Assembly: GCA_943788985.1 (NCBI GenBank)
Contig: CALSSJ010000010.1
Coordinates: 289,323 to 353,322, forward strand
DNA: 64,000 bases
Reading direction: 5' to 3'
From: an uncultured Lentisphaerales bacterium
GTDB taxonomy: Bacteria; Verrucomicrobiota; Lentisphaeria; JABSQK01; UBA12247
Shown one piece after another: positions 39,512 to 48,800 of this stretch (positions within the stretch are counted from its first letter, which is position 1; each line of letters starts with the position of its first letter). The notes below the pieces were generated by a model. The model was not told the DNA's origin. It did no database searches and saw nothing but the letters and a program-made list of their open reading frames with translations. The position numbers and the translations under genes are program-made.

Positions 39512-41704
39512 ATGCATGCTCGCACGTTCCTTCTGTTTTTGACCGGCCTCTTGATGCTCGCCCCCAGCGCTGTCGCCTGCCGCATTCCTTGGATTGAACC
39601 GGTGCCACCGCATCCGCATCCTCAGGTGTCAGTCAGGCCAGCGCTTCAGCCGCTTGTCACCCAGCGGCACGTAGCTGAGATTGAAATTGCGGAGGGGATT
39701 GCAAACATCGCAATCTCTGTGCGGTTTCATAATCCCAACCATCAACAGGTCGAAGGCACCTACTTCTTGCCAATCGAGGCAGATGCCGTGGTTCGCGATT
39801 TCGAGATGATCATGGACGGAAAGTCGTTAAAGGCAGAACTTCTGGGAGCCGATCAGGCCAGAAGAATCTACGAGGAAATCGTGCGTAAAATGAAGGATCC
39901 GGGGCTCCTCGAATACGTGGGAGGCAGGATGCTAAGGGCACGAATCTTTCCAATCGCCGCACAGGGGGAGGTCGATGTGATCGTGCGCTACCAGGTAGTC
40001 CCAAGAAAGGACGGCACGTTGTATCACCTGCGATATTCGTTGCGTTCTGCAAAACCGAATGTCGGTTCAATCGAATCGCTCTCATTCCGGGTGACGCTAA
40101 ACGACGATCGGCCTGTTAAGCTGTTCTACTCTCCGAGCCATCCGATCGACAGCATCCGGCGATCCAACCACCACGTATCGGGTGGGTTTGAACAGGCCGA
40201 CGTGGTGCCTGACCGGGACTTTGACCTGTACTGGTCTGTGGAGGAGGCAAATGTAGGTGTCGCTGTGCTCACACATCGCTCGGATACGCACGATGGGTTC
40301 TGTATGATTTCTCTCACACCGCAGGTGTAGGTTCGCCGTAGAGATGTCATGCAAAAGAACCTGATCTTCGTGTTTGACCGCTCAGGAAGCATGTCAGGCC
40401 GCAAGATTGAACAGGCCAGGAATTCGCTGACGTATTGCCTGGACAGGCTGAATCCAGACGATCGCTTTGCCGTGCTGCTGTTTGGAGCCGAGGTGGATGA
40501 TCTGAGCGATGGCATGCAGCCAGCTTCACCGGAGGCGCTTGCCAAGGCTAAGAAGCGGGTCGCGGATGTTACAGCGCGGGGCGGGACCGCAATTGGCAGT
40601 GCCTTGAGGCACGCGATTGAGGTCGCAAGTAGGGCTGAGGGCCTGGTAATGATTGTATTTCTCACCGATGGCAAGCCCACGATCGGCGAAGTCGATGTCC
40701 CACGAATCCTCAAAACTGTTCAAGCGAAGAACAAGAGCGCTCGCATTTTTGCGTTCGGTGTTGGTGACAGCATAAACACTGACCTGCTGGATCGACTGGC
40801 TCGCCAGAACCGTGGCACGCAAAGCTATGTGGGCGAGAGCGAGAGTATCGAGCTGAAGATCTCCGATTTTTACGACAAGATTGCCACCCCGGTCCTTTCG
40901 GAAGTGAGCGTGTCGGTTGGCGGTGTGCAACTGCGCGACATGTACCCACGCCAGATCGGAGACCTTTTCGGCGGAAGCCAGCAGTTGGTCTTTGGCCGTT
41001 TCCGAGGGGAGGGGAGGCAGACCGTGGTCGTGACAGGCAAGGTCGCGGACAGAACAGCGGCGTTTGAGTGCGAGGCAGACTTTAGCGCAACAAAGAAGCG
41101 TACCTTCATCCCCGCTCTGTGGGCGCATCGCAAGGTCGCCTTTTTGCTGGAAGAGATCCGAGTGAACGGCAAACGCCGGGAGCTTGTCGACGAGGTGGTC
41201 CGGCTTGGCCGGCGGTATGGTATTATGACGCCCTATACCTCGCTGCTGATTGTGGAGGATGAAGAGCATGCTGCCGCGCCAGTTATTCGTCGACAGCGTG
41301 CCGAGTTTGAGCACGCCAGATTCGGTGCCCGGGCAGTAGGGTGAAGTTGCAGATTGGCTGCTAGTAAGTCCGTAGCCGTTGAGTCCGCAGGCGATGAATT
41401 TTCTTTTGGCGCGGATTTTTCGGGGCCGTCTGCGAGCGACTCTGGTGGCTTTTTTGCCACCCAGGCCGTACTACCGGAGTTTCGCAAGATCGCAGGACGA
41501 ACATTCTATCGGGACGATGCAGGCGTCTTTATTGAGGCCGGTCTAGAGGGGGAGCTCAAGCCGAGCGTCATACTCGAAGTGCTGGCTGATGAAACCTTTG
41601 CCCTGCTCATGGAAATCCCGGCGCTGGTGCCCTTCGTCTCCGCCAATTTGGACCTGCTGGTTTGCGTAGATGGCGTGGTCTATCGTCTGCTTGCGGTCAA
41701 GTAG
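39512..41704 (+). pseudogene. Secreted VIT (vault inter-alpha-trypsin) + von Willebrand A domain protein interrupted by in-frame TAG (40328) and TGA (41342)
   Basis: ORFs 39467-40330, 40349-41344 and 41354-41704 are in one frame. Signal peptide MHARTFLLFLTGLLMLAPSAVA; VIT motifs 'EGTYFLP' and 'ARRIYEEIVRKMKDPGLLEY'; MIDAS 'DRSGSM' and 'FLTDG'; 'IMTPYTSLLI'. Confidence 0.8.
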
Positions 41705-42404
41705 CGCTACTTCGGTCCAGTAGGACGCCCGTGCAGGCAACAAGGGCGGTTTCGACCCGCAGGATCCATCCCCCGACGGACAGGTTCTTGAAGCCTCTCG
41801 TACGCAACAGTTCCAGCTCAGGGTCCGAGAAGCCGCCCTCCGGACCAATCCAAAGCGCGCATTCTGCAGGAACCTCGTCTTGGGCCGCAGGGCCAGGTTC
41901 TGGGACTGCGGCGACGAAGCCCGGCAGGGCGACTGACGCGAGTGCCTCGGCAAACGTCTGCGGAGGGTAGATGATCGGGATTCTGGGATTACCGCACTGC
42001 TTGGCGGCTTCGAGCACGTCCGTCTGCCAATTAGCGACGGCGTCGGTGCTGGGTTTTGCGGTGGAAAACTCGGTCATGATCGGGCAGAGCTCGGCGATTC
42101 CCAGCTCGGTCGCGTAGCGAAGAATGCGTGGCATCGCCTTCCCGCGTGGAGGCGCAAGATAAACAGTAAGGCGGGGGGACTGCAGGGGGCAATCGGTCCT
42201 TGCCAAGACTCGAACCGTGACCTTCCGGCCACGGCCGGAGATCTCCTCGATGACCGCGTTAGCTCGCGCGCCGGTACCGTCCAGCAGCTCTAGACTGTCG
42301 CCTACCCGTGCGCGCAGAACCTGTGCGACGTGGCGGCCTTCCGCCTCCTCGAGTGCGATGCGCGCACCACTGGCTGGAATGTCACGATGGATCGCTCGGA
42401 GCAT
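41697..42404 (-). CDS. rsmE: 16S rRNA m3U1498 methyltransferase RsmE
   Basis: 'HVAQVLRARVGD', 'ATELGI', 'EAAKQCG', 'IGPEGGFS', 'ILRVETA'. Confidence 0.95.
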   Translation of the reverse strand: MLRAIHRDIPASGARIALEEAEGRHVAQVLRARVGDSLELLDGTGARANAVIEEISGRGRKVTVRVLARTDCPLQSPRLTVYLAPPRGKAMPRILRYATELGIAELCPIMTEFSTAKPSTDAVANWQTDVLEAAKQCGNPRIPIIYPPQTFAEALASVALPGFVAAVPEPGPAAQDEVPAECALWIGPEGGFSDPELELLRTRGFKNLSVGGWILRVETALVACTGVLLDRSSAT

Positions 42405-42413
42405 GGCTCTGCC

Positions 42414-43553
42414 TCAGGGGTCCAGCGTGGTAGGCATTGTGCTAGTCTCGTAGGCACGAAGCAGGGTCTCGTGAAGGCCTGGCACGAATCGTACCCGACT
42501 GCCGTCTGCAAGGGACTCCTCATCCACGGATGAGGCTGCGAAATCTTGGATCGGGATCTTTGAAAGCTCATCAATCACGGCAGTTTGGGAGCAGGCTGTA
42601 TCGACCCCACAGCACGGCGCCTCACCGGTGCGGCACATCTCTGCCGCATGGTGGAATTTCGCCTCCTCCCCTTCCTCTGGAACGCCATAGTGCTTCAACT
42701 CCTTACCCGCCACGGTGCGCGCCACCACCTCGTCTTGCGCCATTGCGATCACGGCATGTTCGCAACGGATGCTAAATGTGGGAGCGACCCCCTCTTGTAC
42801 TGGGTGCGCTGTCGCGAAGTGCAGCGGAATCCCTGTAGCTGTCCGAAGCTGAATCAGCGCGGTGTCGAAGTTCTCAATGGAGGTCGCTCGATAGAGCTGA
42901 GCGCTGATGTCAACCGGCCTGGCGCTGGTGGCCTTGGAGCTGCCGAGGAGATAGAGAAGATTGTGGAGAAAATGAGCAGTTGCATTGTTCACTGGGCTGT
43001 CCATCACATCTTGGCCAGCAATCGTGCGGCGTCCGGCCCAGCCATTGCGCGAAAAGTAGGCTAGGGAAGGTGGCCAGCAAGCGATAGCCTTCGCCGATAT
43101 CACAGGACCGAACGCCTCAGGCATCAGGTCCTGCTTCAGACTCTGAATAGCAGCTGAGAACGACGATTGGTAGCCAATCGCAATCTGCACGTCCGTACTG
43201 GCCTGTGGTCTCTGAAATGCTTGGGCATCCTCCCAAGAACCGCAGAGCGGTTTTTCACAGAGTACGTGCGTCCCGTGCTCAACCGCGAGTTGGCTCAGTG
43301 GATAGTGTGTCTGAATTTGGGTCGACAGGATTGCGAGGTCCGCAGAATGCTCCGCGTAGAACGATTTGAGGTCGGAATAGAGTGGGATCTGTGCTGCATG
43401 GAGATCTGCGAGGTGTGGTGATCGCTCCGGCTGTGGATCCACGCCGCCTACCAGCCTGAGCCCGTACTTGTCGCTGCCACCAGGGAGCAAACGCGACAGG
43501 TAAAAGCTGCCGAAGCCTGACAACACCACGAGCACTGTCTTGATCGCCGCCAT
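42414..43553 (-). CDS. Gfo/Idh/MocA family oxidoreductase
   Basis: N-terminal Rossmann-like 'LSGFG', 'HVLCEKPL', 'IGYQ', 'NNATAHFLHN'. Confidence 0.88.
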   Translation of the reverse strand: MAAIKTVLVVLSGFGSFYLSRLLPGGSDKYGLRLVGGVDPQPERSPHLADLHAAQIPLYSDLKSFYAEHSADLAILSTQIQTHYPLSQLAVEHGTHVLCEKPLCGSWEDAQAFQRPQASTDVQIAIGYQSSFSAAIQSLKQDLMPEAFGPVISAKAIACWPPSLAYFSRNGWAGRRTIAGQDVMDSPVNNATAHFLHNLLYLLGSSKATSARPVDISAQLYRATSIENFDTALIQLRTATGIPLHFATAHPVQEGVAPTFSIRCEHAVIAMAQDEVVARTVAGKELKHYGVPEEGEEAKFHHAAEMCRTGEAPCCGVDTACSQTAVIDELSKIPIQDFAASSVDEESLADGSRVRFVPGLHETLLRAYETSTMPTTLDP

Positions 43554-43563
43554 GGTGAGCTCG

Positions 43564-44550
43564 TCAGATAATCGGGACTTCTAGGGGCATGCGGCGGTCC
43601 GCAGACTCCCGCGCAGCAAGCGCGAGGGCCGTGACTTGGACTGCATCCCTGAAAGTAGGGACCGCACCTTCCATCGCGCCACCGAGCAGCATCGCCGGGA
43701 AGATCGGCGGTGGATCAAGAAGTTCCAGCTCGCCATCCTTATCAGCATTCATGAGGTATGCGACATCGTCTCGAACTTCCACGATCCCGTCAGTGCCTAC
43801 CACCCGGAGCCTGTCATCCCCGTGTGACCGGGCTGTAGCTGGACGCAGAAAATCCAAGTTCACGGTCGCCTGGATTCCATTATCCAGTAGGACGTGGCAG
43901 GCCGCCGACGCCTCTAGGTCACCGTGGCCATAGTTTCCAACCTGTGAATGCGAAGCGTAGACGCGCCGGGCCTGAGAGCCGGTAAACCACCAGATCCAGT
44001 CGAAAGCATGACTCCCTACCCACGGAATCAGCCCGGTGCTGGTTTCGCGAGCGTGGAAGAAAGTGGGACGTTCGCCCATGCGGTATGATTTTTGTGCGTG
44101 AATCAGACGAATATCCCCAACAGCCCCGCCTTTAACTGCAGCCCATGCGGTATAGAAAGCCGGAGCGAAGCGTAGTGCCATCATTGGCGTAACCTGAGCT
44201 GGCGCACGAATTGCTGCGGCCAAAGCGCGGAGATCCTCGTAGTTATTGGCAACTGGCTTCTCTGTCAGGATGCGTGCGCCCGTAGCTGCAGCGGCCAGAA
44301 TGTATTCACTGGTACGCTCGAATGGGCCAGCAATGCACACCACATCCAACTCTTCTTCGGCCAGAAGCGTGGCGTACTCATCGTAGACCGTGGTGGCCTG
44401 CTCAAGCTCATCGAGTCGTGCGAGAAACCCACTCAAGTCATCGCCACAATCGCCGTCACAGGCTCCCGCAATGGTTGCATCAGGCAACTGGCCAAGCGCG
44501 TTAACTACGTAGTTTGTGTGTCCGCGGACACCAATAATTCCAATCTTCAT
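43564..44550 (-). CDS. Gfo/Idh/MocA family oxidoreductase
   Basis: MKIGIIG start at 44550, 1 nt after the ruvC stop; 'ILTEKPVA', 'WVGSHAFD', 'AARESA'. Confidence 0.88.
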   Translation of the reverse strand: MKIGIIGVRGHTNYVVNALGQLPDATIAGACDGDCGDDLSGFLARLDELEQATTVYDEYATLLAEEELDVVCIAGPFERTSEYILAAAATGARILTEKPVANNYEDLRALAAAIRAPAQVTPMMALRFAPAFYTAWAAVKGGAVGDIRLIHAQKSYRMGERPTFFHARETSTGLIPWVGSHAFDWIWWFTGSQARRVYASHSQVGNYGHGDLEASAACHVLLDNGIQATVNLDFLRPATARSHGDDRLRVVGTDGIVEVRDDVAYLMNADKDGELELLDPPPIFPAMLLGGAMEGAVPTFRDAVQVTALALAARESADRRMPLEVPII

Positions 44551-44551
44551 A

Positions 44552-45055
44552 TCACAATGGCTCCGGCAAGTGTATTCCCCCTGCTGCATGGCCGGTCATC
44601 GCGTGGCAAAGGGCTATGGCCAATGCGTCCGTGGCATCGTCAGGGATCAGTGAAAGGTTCAAATTCAGCATTTTTGCCACTACATCGGCGACGCGAGATT
44701 TCTCTGCGGCTCCGGTTCCAGTAACTGCTTGCTTGACACGCCTGGGGGCGTATTCATAGATGGGGAGCGAGAACTCTGCGAGCACGCTCACAACCGCTCC
44801 ACGCGCCATACCGAGCACCATGGCGGTCTTCGCGTTGCGGTAGAAAAAGCCGCCCTCAATGGCGGCGACTTCAGGCTTGAACTTATTGACGATCTCGCGT
44901 GTGCCACCAGCAACGCGCCGTAGACACTCGCTATGTGAGTCTTTTTTTGAGTTCGTAATCACACCGCAGTCTATCGCCTCGAAGCCCTTACCTTCTACGC
45001 GAATGACGCCGTATCCTGTGGATCGTAGTGCTGTATCAATTCCTATTAGGATCAC
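44552..45055 (-). CDS. ruvC: Holliday junction resolvase RuvC
   Basis: 'LIGIDT...TGYGVI', 'AAIE', 'ARG', 'EYAPRRVKQAVTGTGAAEK', 'DDATDALAIALCH'; follows yebC as usual. Confidence 0.96.
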   Translation of the reverse strand: MILIGIDTALRSTGYGVIRVEGKGFEAIDCGVITNSKKDSHSECLRRVAGGTREIVNKFKPEVAAIEGGFFYRNAKTAMVLGMARGAVVSVLAEFSLPIYEYAPRRVKQAVTGTGAAEKSRVADVVAKMLNLNLSLIPDDATDALAIALCHAMTGHAAGGIHLPEPL

Positions 45056-45813
45056 GACTCAGCGAGCTGCTGTAGGATGTCCTCTGAGATGTCCGCATTG
45101 CAGTACACACTCTGGACATCTTCGTTGTCCTCCAAGGCATCAACCAAGCGCAGAATTGAACGTGCTGTAGGCAGGTCGCCGACTGGTACTTCCAAGTCGG
45201 GGACGCGTGCGACTCCGGACTCATCGGGAGTGAGGCCGCATGCCTCCAGCATAGTGATAATCGAATCAAGTTCGACCGGCTGGGCAATAATTTCAGCGGT
45301 ATCCTCGTGTACGAGGATATCCTCGATATCTACCTCGTGCTCGAAGCAGAGCTCCATGAGTTTCTCCTCGTCTGCGGCTGGGCCACTGAGGAGAAATCGC
45401 GCCTTGCGCTGGAACATGCGGGATACGGCACCGCTGTCGGCCATATTGCCGTTGCCCTTGCTGAAGATGTTACGAATCTCTGCTGCAGTACGATTGCGAT
45501 TCTCTGAAAGGCAGTCGACGACAAGCCCGACGCCCGCGGTGGCGTAGCCCTCGTACACAAGTTCTTCAAGCTGCGCGTCACCCAGTTCCCCAGCGCCCTT
45601 GGCGATGGCACGGGCGATGTTGTCGTTCGGCATATTTACCGATTTTCCTGAACTGATGGCAGTGCGCAGCCGGGGATTGGCATCTGGGTCCTTGCCACCA
45701 ATCTTGGCCGCAAGGGTGATTTCCTTGGCCACGCGAGAGAATGCCTTGCCACGCTTTGCGTCTGCGGCAGCCTTCTTGTGCTTGATGGTGGACCACTTAC
45801 TATGGCCGGACAT
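45052..45813 (-). CDS. yebC: YebC/PmpR family protein
   Basis: 'MSGHSKWSTIKHKK', 'NPRLR', 'YEGY', 'NRNRT', 'LEDNEDVQSVY'. Confidence 0.96.
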   Translation of the reverse strand: MSGHSKWSTIKHKKAAADAKRGKAFSRVAKEITLAAKIGGKDPDANPRLRTAISSGKSVNMPNDNIARAIAKGAGELGDAQLEELVYEGYATAGVGLVVDCLSENRNRTAAEIRNIFSKGNGNMADSGAVSRMFQRKARFLLSGPAADEEKLMELCFEHEVDIEDILVHEDTAEIIAQPVELDSIITMLEACGLTPDESGVARVPDLEVPVGDLPTARSILRLVDALEDNEDVQSVYCNADISEDILQQLAES

Positions 45814-45870
45814 AAGGGCCTCCTATCAATGTATCGGTGCTGCAGCGATGGGGCGCAGGAGCGAAGTGGA

Positions 45871-48800
45871 TTACCACTTCACCCCAACATTAACATGGCC
45901 TTTACCGCCATTGGATTCGCTATCAGACAACGGCCAGCCGTAGTCGAACTTAAGATCCGAGTACTTGGTCAAGCCCAAGCGGAAACCGGCACCCACACTG
46001 TGGAACCCTTGGTCAGCAGACTCGCCAGGTTGAGGCGTGTTGTTCTGGACTTTGCCGAAATCGTAGAAGCCGACCAACTGCAGGCGATGTGACATCCAGT
46101 CCTCAGGATTGCGGCGCATGTACTCTTCGGAGCGGGTGAGCCCGGGGATGAAATTGTGCGAGAGTGGAGTACGAACTTCGACTGTGCCAGTGACACCAGA
46201 GTCGCCGGAGACTTCGCTCTCTTCGTAGCCACGAACGTCGTTCGCGCCGCCCATTCGCTTCTTGAGCGAGGGGTAGAGTTCGTTGCTAGACAACTGTGCG
46301 TCCAAACGGAGCATTGCTGTCCAGCGACCCGGTTGGTCCTCGCCCTCAAAGAGGCGCTGTAAGCGGGCGTAGCTAAAGCGGTTGATCGCGAAGTTACCCT
46401 CGGAGTGTGCAGAGCCCTCCGTGAACTTGCTGGCCTTGGAGGCGCCGAGTTTTCCTGCGAAGTTTGCACTGAGTGTATTCGAGAAGTAGTTACGCCCGCC
46501 GCTTTTGTCAAAGTCTTTGGCGGAGTATCCCAGCCGGAAGGAAGGCATACTGACTCGTGCTTCGGTCGGGGCCTGTACGGTTTGTTTGGCGAATCCAATC
46601 TCGGTCTGGCTGGCTTGAAGAATCCAGCCAAAGGTCGCATCCCAGCGTCGCTCGTCAGAGTCTGCAAGGACCTTGCTGTACTGCATGCCGAGGTACCAGC
46701 CTTCACCGATGATATCAAACTCGCTGGAGACGTCCTTGATGTCGGATGCGGAAAAGCCACCATAGAGGGTCAGCCCGCGCTGGTCTTCCAGTGGCAGGTA
46801 GTAACTGGCGGAAAAGGCGTTGACTGTATTTAGATCCTTCGGGTCGGTCAGCCACTCCGTGGTCAGAGCATCATTCCGCTTGGTCAAGTTGAGGTGCTGC
46901 ACGGTGGTACGCATGCGCCAGTCGCTTGTTTCGGCGGTGCCGGTGTTCGCCAATGAGAGGGCCAGATGCAAGGGCCAGTCGTCTTCGACGTCAACCTCGA
47001 CGTCGATGATGCGGTTGCCGAACTCGTCGACTCTAGGCTGTAGTTTGGTGTCCAGACGGATATCGGGCTTGGCATTGAACTCGAAGAGATTGGCGTAGAG
47101 ATTGCGATAGTTGAATCGCTTGTTGGTCTCCCACCGCACTGCGTTTAGGATCTGCTCAGCGGTGTACCACCGGTTGTTGGACACAGTGACTTCACCCTTC
47201 TGGCCGACATGGACGCGGAATTTCAGGAAGCCGAGGCTGAGGGAATGCTTGTAGACGGAGACCGTGGCAAACACGTAGCCGGCATCCTGCAGATCCTTCA
47301 GGAGACGCTGACGGAATGACTCGACGTCGCCTTCGGACATCGGTGCGTAGAGGGCATCGTTCTCGTAGTCTTCCCAATTCTCCAAGTTGATGACGGGCTC
47401 ACGGTCACCGGTGACAACGACTGCGTTGATGTCATATTTTGTGCCGCTTTCCTTGGCTGCACGAGCGCTGATGGATTCCTCCTCGCCACCTTCTGGAGGC
47501 CAAGCACCCTTGTAGGAAATCTCACCAGGACCAGCGGTCCCGGCCTCGACTTTGGCCCGGTCTATCTTGGAGCGAATCTCTTCGATTCCGCTGCCGATGG
47601 TCGCACTGATTCGTTGAGCCTTGTTGGCTTCTTCGTATAGGTCCCAAGTCTTCTGTGCTTCGTTCAAGCGAATACGCGCGAGCTCAAGTTGCTTGCGGGA
47701 CTGATCAGCGTCAATCTGTGCTTTGGCTTCGCGGTAGCGGTATTCCTTGAGTTCCTGCATGATGTCTTCGGCGTGAGTCTGTGCCGCATTGAGTTCAATG
47801 AGCTTGGCGCGCCATTCGGCCTGGCCGGATGCCTGTGAGGACTCCTGGCTCTTCTGAACCATCAGCATCTTTGCTTCCCGTTCGCGCTGCTCTAGTTCTC
47901 GAATTGCCCGCTGGACGTTGATCATTTCGGTTTCTTTGAGATTTGCTTCCAGCTGGGAGATATTGAAGTCCTTCTGAGCGGCATCGAGGTCGAGTCGAGA
48001 CTTGCGCTGCATTTCGGTTTCGGCTGCGTCACGCTCGTCGCGAACCTGCTTTAGCTCGGATTTGGCGATCTGGGTGCGGCGCTCGCCTTCAGCTTCAGCC
48101 CGTGCGGCGACTCGGTCGCGGTCAGCTTCAAGCTCGGCTTGGCGCGCTGCGAGGCGCAGTTCGTCGCGGTCTTTGCGCTTGTCTGCGAGTTGCTCTTCCT
48201 TGGTCTGCTTGGCCGCGAGACGTTCTTGGCGGGCGCGCTCGCGCTCTGCCTCGCGAGCTGCCTGCTCGGCGGCCTCGCGCTCGCGGTCGTCCTTTTCAGT
48301 GGTCTCCTGCGAGACGATGCGCTGCTGGTCAGCCTCGATTCGATCGACGTTGCCCGGCACTTCAGGAGTCTTGATTTCTGCTTTCTTCTGCGCTGCAATG
48401 TGACGCTCGCGGCGCTCTGCTGCTTCCTGCTCTGCCTCGTTGCGCTCTGTTTGTGCCTTTGCCTCTCGTGCTTTGGCGCGGGCTAGTTGCTCCGCATCAC
48501 GCTTGGAACGCTTGGCGCGTTCCTTAGCTGCTTTTGCCGCGGCGCGACGGTCGCGGTCAATTTCGCGACGGCTCTTGGTGGTTTGCGTAGGTACCTGAGC
48601 AATCACAGTCGGCGTCTTTTTGTCCGCGTTTGCGCGGCTCTTTGTGGCGGCTTGCTCTAGTCGCGCCTTCTCCGTGGCTGCCAGTTGTGCAGCGAGTTCT
48701 GCAGCGCGCACTCTTGCGGCTTCCGCCTCCCCTTGTGCTTTGGCTTCAGCAGCTGTCCGGGCTGTATTCTCTCGGGCGGCGACTAAGCGTTGCTGCTCTG

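Noticed and set aside
44552..45055. RuvC-fold nuclease as a Cas or TnpB effector
   Set aside because: It is a canonical 167-aa Holliday junction resolvase in the usual yebC-ruvC context.
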